Assembly: GCA_046590575.1 (NCBI GenBank)
Contig: JBKJUS010000169.1
Location: forward strand, 818-64,817
Direction of reading: 5' to 3'
DNA: 64,000 bases
Source of the DNA: Mycobacteriales bacterium
Lineage (GTDB): Bacteria > Actinomycetota > Actinomycetes > BP-191
The position numbers were made by a program, and so were the translations under genes. Each line of letters opens with the position of its first letter. The stretch's first letter is position 1. This document shows, one piece after another, positions 48,056 to 59,401 of the stretch. The notes below the pieces were generated by a model, which was not told the origin of the DNA, ran no database searches, and saw only the letters and a program-made list of their open reading frames with translations.

Positions 48056-48586
48056 TCGAGGGGCACGAGGCTTCTACGCACCCGATGCATGCGGACAACG
48101 CTGCAACGGCTTTCACTGCTCATCATGTTGTCGGCCAGCTCGCTGCTAGGAGTCGCCGTACCGGCGCAGGCGACGAACAACCAGATCCACGGATCGGCGT
48201 ACTTCCAAGAACCATCAGGCGGGTGCCCTGTGATGACGGACTACGACAGCTATGCGCCACTGGTCATGGAGGGAGACCTCACTGGGTGCCTTTATACCCA
48301 CGTCGAGTCGTCCCGGACTACCTCCGGCGGGGCGTCCATGGAGCGCGGGCGGGAGCTGTTCGTGGGCAGCCTCAACGACGGGCTGCCAGGAACGTTCACC
48401 ACCACGTATTGGTTCGAGGCGAAGCTTGCCTCCGACGGATCCGAGGTCCGCGGACAGTGCCAGCATCCCATCGTTTCCGGCAGCGGCACCGGTGGCTTCG
48501 CCGGAGTCACGGGTCGCATCTACTTCATGGACATCATCGGAGACACGATCACCTACGACTACAAGGGCCACATCTCGCTCCCGTAG
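48038..48586 (+). CDS. secreted hypothetical protein, atypical codon usage
   Basis: AAGGGG RBS. Signal peptide. Many A/T-ending codons (cta, ctt, tat, caa, gga) against a GC3-rich background. Confidence 0.5.
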   Translation: MRTTPHSRGTRLLRTRCMRTTLQRLSLLIMLSASSLLGVAVPAQATNNQIHGSAYFQEPSGGCPVMTDYDSYAPLVMEGDLTGCLYTHVESSRTTSGGASMERGRELFVGSLNDGLPGTFTTTYWFEAKLASDGSEVRGQCQHPIVSGSGTGGFAGVTGRIYFMDIIGDTITYDYKGHISLP

Positions 48587-49013
48587 TGCCAGCCACGGCT
48601 GGGGGGCAGTCTCCGACGTGCGACCGGCAGCGCACTACGGCCGCACAGAAGTGCTTACTGTTCGATGAGATCAGCTCGGGACCTGGCCAGGCTTGGTGCA
48701 GGCGGTCGGCGGAGTAGCTCTGAAGCGTTTGCCCACGAGGTCTGTGTGGCTCACGAACGGAGCGCGTTCCGCCGGCCGCTGTTTGGCACGACGTGGCTCG
48801 AGAGTGGTCCGCCTTAGGTGGGGTTAACGTGGCCTGAGAGTCCTGACATGGAACGGGGGCCCGCCATGCAGCGCTTGTTCGCGGTGACTGCACCTGCCGT
48901 TCTGGTAGCGGCCGGCACCGGCCCGCTCGCTCCGGGCGCCGTAGCTGGTGGCGGTGGCTGTCAAACCGACGGCGAGCTAGGCACGCCGCTGGAATGACTT
49001 CGCCGACTTCATA

Positions 49014-51578
49014 GTGCCGCAGGGTCGTGACGACCTACCATCCGGATCTGTGGCGGCCATTCCCCTGTCCAGGCGTGAGCGTGAGGTGCTCGATGCCCTG
49101 GCGGACCGCCGGACGAACGCCGAGATCGCGGCGCAGCTGTTCCTCTCCGTCCGTACCGTCGAGACACATGTCTCCGCGTTGCTGCGCAAGTTCGACGCCC
49201 CCAACCGGCGTGCGCTGGCCGACAGCGCCCGACAGCGCGGGTCCCTGAGCAGATCGAGTCGAGGACCCGACCTGCCCGCAGACTTCCCGCCGCTGACGAG
49301 CCTCGACGTCGCGACGCACAACCTGCCTGAGCAGGCCGCGCCGTTCATCGGCCGGGAGGCCGAGCTGGCGGGTCTGGTCGACGCCGTGCGGGCGCACCGG
49401 CTGGTGACGCTGACCGGCTTCGGCGGGATGGGCAAGACCCGGCTCGCGCTGCAGGCGGCAGCCGAGCTGGTCGGTGACCCAGGCGTCGGAGCGGTGTGGT
49501 TCGTCGACCTGTCTGCCGTGACCGACCCCGTCCTGGTGCCCGCACGGGTCGCCGAGGCCGTGGGTGTCCGCTACGGCGCCGACGACCCGGCGGACGCTTT
49601 GGTCGCCGCGTTGACGGCGTCGCCGGCGCTGCTGGTGCTGGACAACCTCGAGCAGGTGAAGGGCTGCGCGCCGTTCGTCGCAGATCTCGTCAGTCGCGCG
49701 ACACGATCGAGAATCTTGGCCACGAGCCGCGAGCCGCTGCGGGTCCGCTCGGAGCGTCAGGTCGAGTTGGCGCCGATGTCGTTGCCGGACCCGGCGGGGC
49801 CGCCGCCGACCGCGGAGCAGCTGTCGGCCTTCGAGGCGGTGCGCTTCTTCGTTGACCGGGCGTGCGCCGTGCGCGCCGACTTGGCCGTCACGAACGAAAC
49901 AGCGCCTGCGGTGGCGGCGATCTGCGCCCGACTCGACGGGCACCCGCTGGCCCTGGAGCTGGCGGCTGCACGGACGAAGGTGCTCAGCTTCGACAAGCTG
50001 CTGGTCCGCCTCGACTCCGCACTCGGAATCCTTACCGGCGGAAGTCGCGATATGCCGGAGCGGCACCAGACGCTGCGGGCGACCATCGCCTGGTCCTACG
50101 ACGGGCTGGGCTCCGATGAGCAGCGGCTGCTCGCCCGCATGTCGGTGCTGCCTGCCCCGGCGGACTTCGAGATGGTCGAGGCGGTCGGCGGTGGCGACCT
50201 CGACGTACTCGACCTCCTCGAGATCCTCGTCGACCGGAGCCTCGTGCGGACCAGCGAAATGGGCGGCGACACCCGGTACGGGCTGCTCGTGAGCATCCGC
50301 GACTACGCCGCCGAGCACCTCGACGACCAAGAGAAGGCCGACTGCCAGGACCGGCACGCCCAGCAGGTGCTGGACATCTTCACCCGCCCTCGGCCGTGGG
50401 ACACGGCGAAACACCTCGTCGCCCGCGAGCTCCCCCAGCTCCGGGCAGCCTGGGAGCACCTGCGGTCGACTGGCGCCGACGCGGACGCGGTTGCCCTCGC
50501 CGTGAGAGTGGAGGACGGGCTGTTACACCAGGGCCTGACCCTCGACGCGCTCTCGTGGTCGCAGGAGGCCGAGAAGCTCACTCGCGACCCGGCTCAGCGG
50601 GCCTTGCTCTCCTGCATCGCGTACGTAGCCTTGAGTATCCTCGGCCGCGCGGACCAAGCGAGTGAGGTCGGCGGTGCGGGCCTCGATCAGGCCAGGATTA
50701 GCGGCGATCCCGAGGTGCACGCGAACCTGCTGGTGATGGTCGCGGCGCGCGCTGATAGCCGCGCCGCCCTCACCGCCTACGTCGAGGAGTACGCGCAGCT
50801 GAAGCCGCAGCTCGATCCCGCGACGGCGCTGAACTGCGACAGCGAGCTGGCCAACAGCGCGGCCACTGCTCTGCGCCTCGTCGACCCGGTCGAAGCCGAG
50901 CGCTTCTCCCGAGCAGCCCTCAACGCCGGACTGCCGCAGAGGAAGGTCCACCAGGTCAGGCTGGCGCGCACCCTGATCGACCAGGGCCGAGGGGCCGAGG
51001 CCTGGACCGTACTCGAGGAAGTGCAAGACCCTGCAGTCTTCGATGGAATGGCCGCGTGGGAGGTCATCGGCGAGGTGGCGTCCGCCGCTGCGCTGCTGCT
51101 GCTCGGGAAGCCCCAGCGGGCCGGCGAGCTAGCGGCGCGGGCGTGGGAGCGCGTGGTCGCGCTGTCCTTTCAGCCGACCGGCGCCACGATGGTCCTTGCA
51201 GGTGTCGCCGCCTTGCGCCAGTCCGATCGCGGCGAGGCGCTGCAGCTCCTCGAACGCGGCCTCGCCCGACTGCCCGCCGACGCCGTCGCCGACGCCGCGA
51301 TGCTGAAGTGGCGGCGGGCCATCATGCTCCATCGCCTCGGCCGCACCGACGAAGCCGCCATCGACATCGCGACAGCCCGCGAGGTCCTCGAGGCGCGGGA
51401 GATGCTCCTGCTCGAACTCATCGGCTGCCTCGGCGCAGAAGCCGTCATCACCACCGACGACGATGTCGCTGCTGGGCTGCTCGACCGCATCGCCGCGCAG
51501 CGAGGCCCGTGGGTGCTGCCGTTCGACCTCGACACCGACCTGCGCGAGGTCGAGCGCCGGCTGGGCCGTCAGCCATGA
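49014..51578 (+). CDS. LuxR-HTH (N-terminal) plus NB-ARC/STAND ATPase plus TPR-like regulator
   Basis: LuxR HTH at residues about 15-70 (LSRREREVLDALADRRTNAEIAAQLFLSVRTVETHV). Walker A GFGGMGKTRLA, Walker B LLVLDNLE and helical repeats follow. Confidence 0.7.
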   Translation: MPQGRDDLPSGSVAAIPLSRREREVLDALADRRTNAEIAAQLFLSVRTVETHVSALLRKFDAPNRRALADSARQRGSLSRSSRGPDLPADFPPLTSLDVATHNLPEQAAPFIGREAELAGLVDAVRAHRLVTLTGFGGMGKTRLALQAAAELVGDPGVGAVWFVDLSAVTDPVLVPARVAEAVGVRYGADDPADALVAALTASPALLVLDNLEQVKGCAPFVADLVSRATRSRILATSREPLRVRSERQVELAPMSLPDPAGPPPTAEQLSAFEAVRFFVDRACAVRADLAVTNETAPAVAAICARLDGHPLALELAAARTKVLSFDKLLVRLDSALGILTGGSRDMPERHQTLRATIAWSYDGLGSDEQRLLARMSVLPAPADFEMVEAVGGGDLDVLDLLEILVDRSLVRTSEMGGDTRYGLLVSIRDYAAEHLDDQEKADCQDRHAQQVLDIFTRPRPWDTAKHLVARELPQLRAAWEHLRSTGADADAVALAVRVEDGLLHQGLTLDALSWSQEAEKLTRDPAQRALLSCIAYVALSILGRADQASEVGGAGLDQARISGDPEVHANLLVMVAARADSRAALTAYVEEYAQLKPQLDPATALNCDSELANSAATALRLVDPVEAERFSRAALNAGLPQRKVHQVRLARTLIDQGRGAEAWTVLEEVQDPAVFDGMAAWEVIGEVASAAALLLLGKPQRAGELAARAWERVVALSFQPTGATMVLAGVAALRQSDRGEALQLLERGLARLPADAVADAAMLKWRRAIMLHRLGRTDEAAIDIATAREVLEAREMLLLELIGCLGAEAVITTDDDVAAGLLDRIAAQRGPWVLPFDLDTDLREVERRLGRQP

Positions 51579-51655
51579 CAGCGGCTGGGCCGTCGACGCC
51601 CGCAGGTGAGGTCTGGTCGGCTCTTGTTCGACCCAGCGCATGATCCACCTATGGC

Positions 51656-53080
<1,425 letters not shown>

Positions 53081-53155
53081 CCATTCCTCCTCGTACCGGC
53101 TGCGCGGCGTGGCGAGACTGGGGAAGCTCGACGTACCCGACCTTAGTCCGGGTGG

Positions 53156-53193
53156 GTTACCCGCTCATGTCCCGGATGTTTCGCCGGTGTTAC
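53156..53193 (-). promoter_or_regulatory. tandem GlnR-box-like sites upstream of glnA1
   Basis: On the coding strand: GTAAC-accggc-GAAAC-atccgg-GACAT-gagcgg-GTAAC. This is the a1-n6-b1-n6-a2-n6-b2 arrangement. Confidence 0.4.
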
Positions 53194-53222
53194 GCCAGCT
53201 GAATGCGGTACGCCGTGATCGG

Positions 53223-53951
53223 TCAGCGCTGCTTCCCACGTGGCATCCGGCCCATTCCGGGCACCGGGCCCTTCGGAATCGGCATCGCCATGCCGCCGAC
53301 GGCCTTGAGCCGTGCCTCGAGGTCGTTGACCGCGCGTGGCTTGAGGTTGCGGGGCAGCTTCATGAGATGTGACTGAAGACGGTCGATGGCCACCTGCCCT
53401 TGGCCATCCCCGACCACAATGTCGTACAGCGGCGTGTCACCGATCAGCCGCCGGGTGCGGCGGAGCTCCGCGGTCAGCAGCTCCCTGGGACGCGACCCCG
53501 AGCCCTCCGCCACCAGGACCACTCCGGGCCGACCGACGACGCGGTGTACGAAGTCCTGCTGGCGAGTGACGCCGACCGCCGGCGTTACGTGCCACTGCCC
53601 GCGCATCGAGCCGAGCACGGCCGCCGCGGCGCCGGGCTGACCTTCCAACCCTGAGAACGCGGCGGCACTGGCCCGCCGCCCGGTCACCACCAATGCGGCC
53701 AGCAGGCTGAAGAGGACAGCAATGATCCCGAAGAGGACCGGCCGACCGAGAGCCAGTCCGATGCTGAAGATCGCAGCGAAGGTCACCGCGAAGGCGGCCA
53801 CGACCAACGGGACGAACTTCTTGTCGGCGCGCGCGGTCGCCTTGATCGTCTGGCGGATCGCGGCGGATCGACGGGGTGCCTTGGGTGCCTTGGGTGCCTT
53901 GGGTGCTTTGCCGGGCTGAGCGGACGTGGGTGGCAGCGCCTTGGGTGACAT
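53223..53951 (-). CDS. DUF4191-like conserved actinobacterial membrane protein (Rv2219-like)
   Basis: Lys/Pro-rich N-terminus (KAPKAPKAPKAP) and two TM helices. Its position next to glnA1 matches the mycobacterial Rv2219. Confidence 0.55.
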   Translation of the reverse strand: MSPKALPPTSAQPGKAPKAPKAPKAPRRSAAIRQTIKATARADKKFVPLVVAAFAVTFAAIFSIGLALGRPVLFGIIAVLFSLLAALVVTGRRASAAAFSGLEGQPGAAAAVLGSMRGQWHVTPAVGVTRQQDFVHRVVGRPGVVLVAEGSGSRPRELLTAELRRTRRLIGDTPLYDIVVGDGQGQVAIDRLQSHLMKLPRNLKPRAVNDLEARLKAVGGMAMPIPKGPVPGMGRMPRGKQR

Positions 53952-53979
53952 GCCGAACAGGATACGGGCGGGCCGGCCG

Positions 53980-54729
53980 CTACTCGCCCGCGCCCGGCCG
54001 GCGGCCGCGGCGCTGCGCTTCCTCGAGCGTTGGCGCTGTCCCGCCGAGATGCGCCGGCATCCACCACGCGTCGTCCGGGCCCTCGGGCTTGTCCGGGTAC
54101 GACGTCTGCGCCTGGTCCAGTAGGGCGCCCATGGCGGCCTTGAGAGCCGCGGTCACCGCCGCCGGGTCGTCACCAGGTGCCGGATGCAGCGGCGCGCCGT
54201 ACATCACGGTGATCGGCAGGTGCCGGGTGTAAGTCCGCTTGCGGCCCTTGGTCCACACCCGCTGGGAGCCCCAGACGACGGCCGGAACGAGGGGCACGCC
54301 CGCGTCGATCGCCATCCGGGCGGCACCGACCTTGAAGTCCTTCAGACAGAACGACGTGCTGATCGTGGCCTCTGGGAACATCCCGACGAGCTCACCGCGC
54401 CCCAGCGCGGCGACGGCCTCGAGGTAGGACGCCCCGCCCGCACCGGCCGACCGGTCGACCGGGATGTGGCGCATGCCGCGCATCAGCGGTCCAGATATTT
54501 TGTGGTCGAAGACCTCCTTCTTGGCAAGGAAGCGCACGAGGCGCTTGCCACGCATCCGCGCGCCGTAGCCGACGAAGGCGAAGTCCAGATAGCCCACGTG
54601 GTTACACGAGATGACCGCGCCGCCGTTCCGCGGGATGTGCTCCGCACCTTCGACGGTGAAGCGCAGGTCGAGCGCGCGGAAGAGGCCCCGCGCGAACGAG
54701 ACGACGGGGCGGTAGACGAGATCAGCCAT
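53980..54729 (-). CDS. 1-acyl-sn-glycerol-3-phosphate acyltransferase (PlsC family)
   Basis: HxxxxD motif (NHVGYLD) and PEATIS-like motif (FPEATIS). Alternative start at 54768. Confidence 0.65.
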   Translation of the reverse strand: MADLVYRPVVSFARGLFRALDLRFTVEGAEHIPRNGGAVISCNHVGYLDFAFVGYGARMRGKRLVRFLAKKEVFDHKISGPLMRGMRHIPVDRSAGAGGASYLEAVAALGRGELVGMFPEATISTSFCLKDFKVGAARMAIDAGVPLVPAVVWGSQRVWTKGRKRTYTRHLPITVMYGAPLHPAPGDDPAAVTAALKAAMGALLDQAQTSYPDKPEGPDDAWWMPAHLGGTAPTLEEAQRRGRRPGAGE

Positions 54730-54804
54730 GCCGGGCAGGTTACGCCACCGTAGGTTAGATAGCCTCATCCGGCCAGCCACCCACTGAGCTCGGGGAGTCG
54801 TGCC

Positions 54805-55167
54805 GTGACCGCAGTCCTCATTGCGCTGAGCATCGGTCTGCTGGCGGGGGTGCTGTCCGGGCTCTTCGGCATCGGCGGCGGCGTCGTGATGGTGCCGGCC
54901 CTCGTCCTGTTCCTCGGTCTCGGCCAGAAGTCCGCGATCGGCACGTCGCTGGGCGCGTTGATCCTGCCGGTCGCGGCGCTGTCGGTGCTGCAGTACTACC
55001 GGGCCGGCCACGTCGACGTACGCGTGTCCCTATTGCTCGCTGCCGGCATCTTCGCGGGCTCCTTATTGGGTGCCCGGGTCGCGCTCGGCACCAGCGACCA
55101 GGTGTTGCGTCGGCTCTTCGCGGTGCTGCTCGTAGCGACGGCGGTGCGCTTGTTCGTGGCGTCCTAG
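54805..55167 (+). CDS. TSUP (TauE/SafE) family membrane protein, half-size (4 TM)
   Basis: GGGGAG RBS plus GTG. The GIGGG motif is typical of DUF81/TauE. It is only 120 aa, roughly one repeat unit. Confidence 0.45.
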   Translation: MTAVLIALSIGLLAGVLSGLFGIGGGVVMVPALVLFLGLGQKSAIGTSLGALILPVAALSVLQYYRAGHVDVRVSLLLAAGIFAGSLLGARVALGTSDQVLRRLFAVLLVATAVRLFVAS

Positions 55168-55378
55168 GGCCATGACTAGGCCCGCGGCGGACGGGCAAGA
55201 ACTACGCACATGATCACTGCCTTGTTGTCCTCCCGCCTTCGCACCTGGGTCATGCTCGCTGTTGCCGCGCCCATCGGTGCGTGGGCTCTGGAGCGCGCCG
55301 CGGACGAGGTGGAGCGACGGCAAGGCGACTCGCGCGCGACTCGAACATTGCGCCGGGCCAGCTCGGCTGCTGACCGGG

Positions 55379-55606
55379 TCAGCCGCAGGAAGCGGACACG
55401 AACTGCGCGCCCGAGTTCCGCCGCGCCTCCGCAGCGCTGAGGGCCGCAGCGGCGGTACGCCAATGGTCGCGCCGTGCATCATCAGCAATGACCGAACGCA
55501 GCGCATTCCGTCGGGCCTGGGACTGCAGGCCATGCGGCGCCGCCATGAGCATCGCCTGCTGTGCGAGCGATCCCGCGCGACCTGCGAGCACGAGGATGAT
55601 GGTCAT
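55379..55606 (-). CDS. small hypothetical protein
   Basis: GGAGG RBS 6 nt upstream of the ATG. 75 aa. Confidence 0.25.
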   Translation of the reverse strand: MTIILVLAGRAGSLAQQAMLMAAPHGLQSQARRNALRSVIADDARRDHWRTAAAALSAAEARRNSGAQFVSASCG

Positions 55607-55679
55607 AGCTGCCTCCAAGGGGGAGTGGGCGCTTCGATGCAGCGTGCCGCTCCGCCATGACGGCGTCATGTCTGGCGTG

Positions 55680-56636
55680 TTACGTCGCGGATAACGTTTG
55701 CGCTGCGCTCATCCGGGCGGTCATCGCCTGCTGGTAGAGCCGGCCGGCCCGGTAGGACGAACGCACGAGGGGTCCCGACTGCACACCGAGGAAGCCGATG
55801 CGCATCGCCTCTGTGGCGAGCTCGTCGAACTCCGCCGGCTCGACGAAGCGGATCACCGGGTGGTGGCGTGAGGTCGGTCGGAGGTACTGCGTGATGGTGA
55901 TCAGGTCGCATCCGGCGTCGTGCAGGTCCTGCAGCGCCACCTGCACTTCGTCGATCTCCTCGCCGAGCCCGAGGATGAGGTTGCTCTTGGTTACCAGACC
56001 CGCAACGCGCGCCCGCTCGATGACACCCAGCGAGGTCTCATAGGTGAAGGCCGGGCGTATCTCGCGGAAGAGCCGAGGCACGGTCTCGAGGTTGTGCGCC
56101 AGTACTTCGGGGTTCGACTCGAAGACATCGTCGAGCCGGGCGGGGTCGCCACCGAAATCCGGGATGAGCAGCTCCACCCCGCAGCCGGCCTGGAAGGAGT
56201 GGATCTGGCGCACCGTCTCGGCATAGAGCCATGCGCCGCCGTCCTCGAGATCGTCTCGAGCCACCCCGGTGACGGTGGCATAGCGCAGTCCCATCGAGCG
56301 CACGGACTCGGCGACCCGGCGTGGCTCGTCCCGGTCCAGCGGTGCCGGCTTTCCGGTGTCGATCTGGCAGAAGTCGCACCTGCGGGTGCACTGGTCGCCG
56401 CCGATGAGGAAGGTCGCCTCGCGGTCCTCCCAACATTCGTAGATGTTGGGGCAGCCGGCTTCCTGGCAGACCGTGTGAAGCCCCTCGCGCTCGACCAGCG
56501 CGCGCATCGCGGCGTACTCGGGCCCGGTCTTGAGCTTCACCTTGAGCCAGGGCGGCTTGCGCTCGATCGGGGTGGCGGCGTTGCGCACCTCGAGTCGCAA
56601 CAGCTTGCGGCCGCCAGGCGCCGGGTGCTCAGACAC
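55680..56636 (-). CDS. lipA: lipoyl synthase
   Basis: Two Cys clusters (CxxxCxxC radical-SAM and CEEAGCPN). N-terminus [22 protein letters not shown]. Confidence 0.85.
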   Translation of the reverse strand: MSEHPAPGGRKLLRLEVRNAATPIERKPPWLKVKLKTGPEYAAMRALVEREGLHTVCQEAGCPNIYECWEDREATFLIGGDQCTRRCDFCQIDTGKPAPLDRDEPRRVAESVRSMGLRYATVTGVARDDLEDGGAWLYAETVRQIHSFQAGCGVELLIPDFGGDPARLDDVFESNPEVLAHNLETVPRLFREIRPAFTYETSLGVIERARVAGLVTKSNLILGLGEEIDEVQVALQDLHDAGCDLITITQYLRPTSRHHPVIRFVEPAEFDELATEAMRIGFLGVQSGPLVRSSYRAGRLYQQAMTARMSAAQTLSAT

Positions 56637-57369
56637 CGATCGCCACCAGTCCGACGTCGGCCGGGCTCGCGCCGATGATGGTGCGATTCCACACGCTGCC
56701 GAGATGTCGCTCAACGACGGGCAGCGCCTCGGCAACTGGGAGCGACCGGCCGAGCAGCACCGAGAGAGAGGTCACACCGGCATCGCGAATCCCGCAGGGC
56801 ACGATCGTGTCGTACGCCGTCAGATCGGGCTCGCAGTTGAGCGCGAAGCCGTGCATCGTCACGCCACGCGCCACCCGGATGCCGATCGCCGCGACCTTCG
56901 AAGCGCCGTCACCCACCCACACACCGCTCCGCCCATCGATCCGGGTTGCATCGCGCACCCCGAGCTCGAGACAGGTGCGGATCAGCACCTCCTCGACCCG
57001 TCGTACGTACGCGACGACGTCGACAATCGGCTCGAGTGACACGATGGGATAGCCGACCAGTTGACCGGGTCCGTGCCAGGTGATCTTTCCGCCCCGGTCT
57101 ACATCGATGACCGTGACGTCCCGTGCCGGGCGCTCGTCGGCATCGGTGCGGCGGCCGGCGGTGTAGACGGACGGGTGCTCCAACAGAAGGCAGGTGTCAC
57201 CGATCTCGCCCGCGACCCGGCGTTCGTGCAACTGCTGCTGCCACCGCCATGCCTCCTCATAGGGCACGACGCCGCCCCGGACGCAGGTCAGATCCACCCC
57301 TCCAGGGTACGCGAGCGCACGGGGACCGGCTGCCAGAGCGGCGCCGTGATCGCTGTTGACACTTCGCAT
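56629..57369 (-). CDS. lipB: lipoyl(octanoyl) transferase
   Basis: LipB motifs ([10 protein letters not shown], catalytic C in PCG). Directly upstream of lipA. Confidence 0.8.
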   Translation of the reverse strand: MRSVNSDHGAALAAGPRALAYPGGVDLTCVRGGVVPYEEAWRWQQQLHERRVAGEIGDTCLLLEHPSVYTAGRRTDADERPARDVTVIDVDRGGKITWHGPGQLVGYPIVSLEPIVDVVAYVRRVEEVLIRTCLELGVRDATRIDGRSGVWVGDGASKVAAIGIRVARGVTMHGFALNCEPDLTAYDTIVPCGIRDAGVTSLSVLLGRSLPVAEALPVVERHLGSVWNRTIIGASPADVGLVAIGV

Positions 57370-57410
57370 TACGATCGCCGCCCGTACTGACGACGTTGAA
57401 GGAGAGCGCA

Positions 57411-57854
57411 GTGACCGAGTCGCCCGACCGCCCGCGGGTAGACAGGGCTGCGCTCGCCAGTCGGGTACGCCCCTCGCTCGTGCTCGACGAACGGATGGCC
57501 CGTGCTCTGTTACAGGAGGCCGACCGGCTCGACGTCGGTCGTGGCGGCCGGTTCTCCGGCGGTCCGGCCGGGATCCAGGTCTGGACCGGACCATGGGACG
57601 CCGCTGGAGGCACGAAGCACGGGACGTCGGCCCATCTCGGGTCGGTGGACTGGACCTATGACACACCTGCGCGCAACTACGCGACGGTGTACCGGTCGAT
57701 GGTCACGCAAGCGGGGATCGACCGCGGAGAGACGACCGAGTCGATTCTGCGGACCGTCCTCGAGTTGGGAAATCTTAGTGTCGAGGGCCCGCGCATCGAG
57801 CAGGCACTGCCGCCGGCGCGCGACCCCTTCAAGGCAAGTGGCGGCGGCGAGTAG
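57411..57854 (+). CDS. hypothetical protein
   Basis: AAGGAG RBS plus GTG. 147 aa, no motif. Confidence 0.4.
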   Translation: MTESPDRPRVDRAALASRVRPSLVLDERMARALLQEADRLDVGRGGRFSGGPAGIQVWTGPWDAAGGTKHGTSAHLGSVDWTYDTPARNYATVYRSMVTQAGIDRGETTESILRTVLELGNLSVEGPRIEQALPPARDPFKASGGGE

Positions 57855-57964
57855 GCAACTGTCACTGCGGGGACACCGAGCAGTCGCCGCAATCGGGTCA
57901 ATGCGCCGCGTGGATCGCCGACACTCCAAGCGCCATCTTGTCCCCGCGGCCCTGAGGATCCCTC

Positions 57965-59401
57965 GTGCACCGTCGACGCATCCCTACCACCGTGGCGGGC
58001 ATCGTCATCGCCGTGCTCGTCGTGCTCTCCTTGCCGTCATCGGCTCAAGCCGCTGCGCCACGCGGTTTCCGCGTTGTTGGACGACAGGTCCTGGCCACGG
58101 GAGTGCAGCACTTGACCTATGTTCGCGACAGCCCACGGGCAGTCGCCCACGTCGCCATCGTGAAGAAGGATGCGGGCGTCCGCCTGGACTCCGTGGTGTC
58201 AGCCAACCGGGTGGCTGGGCCGGGGGGAACGCTCGAGACGACCAGCTCGATGTGTCGACGATTCCGCTGCATCATGGCGGTCAACGGCGACTTCGCCACA
58301 CCCAATGTCGGTACGCCGATCGGGGTCGCCGTCGCGGGCGAACAGCCGCTGCGCTCCGCCGGCAACCTCCATCAGCAGATGACCGTCGCGACCACCGGGT
58401 CGATGACCAGCACCAAGCCGACGTGGTCCGGTTCCTTCGAGGGCAGTGACCTGGCCGATCGGCGTATCCACGGCGTCAACGTGCCGCGCGGTGTCGATCA
58501 GACCGTGCTCTACACCAACGGGTTCGCCACCACCACGCAGACGGACGGATCCGGAGCCGAGCTGCTGCTGCGCATCGTCGAGCCCGTCGGGCCCATCCGA
58601 CTGGGCCAGTCAACCCTGGTCGAGATGATCGCCTTCCACGCCGGTGGCAACGTCACGATTCCGGCCCAGGGCGCCGTGCTCTCGGCGCACGGGGCGGGCA
58701 TCCCGGTGCTTCAGCGGCTGTGGGAGGTCGCTGCGTCGGGCAGCAGCCGTCACCTGATGCTGCGGGTTTCCTCCGATGCCAGCAGTCGGGCGAGCGTCGG
58801 GGCCAGCCACGTGCTGGTGCGGGCCGGGCGACGCTGGTTCGCCAGCGACGGGAGCACCTTCGCCGAGCGCCGCCATCCGCGCACGATGTCGGGGGTGACG
58901 CGCGACGGGACGACGCTCCTCGTCACCGTTGACGGACGCCAGCCTGGCCACAGCCTGGGGTTGACGTTGGGCGAGGCGACGGACTTCATGGTCGGCCTCG
59001 GCGCTGTCGAGGCGGTCAACCACGACGGTGGCGGGTCCTCGACCTTCGTCATGCGCGGTCGTGTCGTCAACCGGCCGAGCGACGGTCGCGAACGTGCGGT
59101 CACCAACTCCTGGGTCATCGTGGCGGGTCGCAGCGGGTCGCGGCCCTACGCCGAGCCCTGGCACGAGGGCACGCCGTTCGCCGATGAGGACGCGGGCGCC
59201 GGAGAGTACGTCCTCGGACCGCCGACCGCGCCCGACCCGGTCGTATCTGCCGATGGCGCAGCCCCTGACCTGGTCGCGCTCGGGGCCGGGTTGGCCACCG
59301 AGCAGGGTGGGGCGTCGGCCCGGGTCGCCGCGGCAGCGATGGGGCTGTTGGCCGCTTCCGGGGTGGTCTACCGGTTTCGGCCACCCAGGTCACCGGCATA
59401 G
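57965..59401 (+). CDS. secreted phosphodiester glycosidase family protein (NAGPA/DUF2233-like)
   Basis: Signal peptide. C-terminal NHDGGGSS motif characteristic of the phosphodiester glycosidase domain. Confidence 0.55.
   Translation: MHRRRIPTTVAGIVIAVLVVLSLPSSAQAAAPRGFRVVGRQVLATGVQHLTYVRDSPRAVAHVAIVKKDAGVRLDSVVSANRVAGPGGTLETTSSMCRRFRCIMAVNGDFATPNVGTPIGVAVAGEQPLRSAGNLHQQMTVATTGSMTSTKPTWSGSFEGSDLADRRIHGVNVPRGVDQTVLYTNGFATTTQTDGSGAELLLRIVEPVGPIRLGQSTLVEMIAFHAGGNVTIPAQGAVLSAHGAGIPVLQRLWEVAASGSSRHLMLRVSSDASSRASVGASHVLVRAGRRWFASDGSTFAERRHPRTMSGVTRDGTTLLVTVDGRQPGHSLGLTLGEATDFMVGLGAVEAVNHDGGGSSTFVMRGRVVNRPSDGRERAVTNSWVIVAGRSGSRPYAEPWHEGTPFADEDAGAGEYVLGPPTAPDPVVSADGAAPDLVALGAGLATEQGGASARVAAAAMGLLAASGVVYRFRPPRSPA

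Noticed and set aside
55210-55440. 76-aa plus-strand small membrane-protein ORF between the TSUP gene and lipA
   Set aside because: Plausible TM helix but no RBS. It partly overlaps a minus-strand ORF that has a strong RBS. Too ambiguous to call either with confidence.
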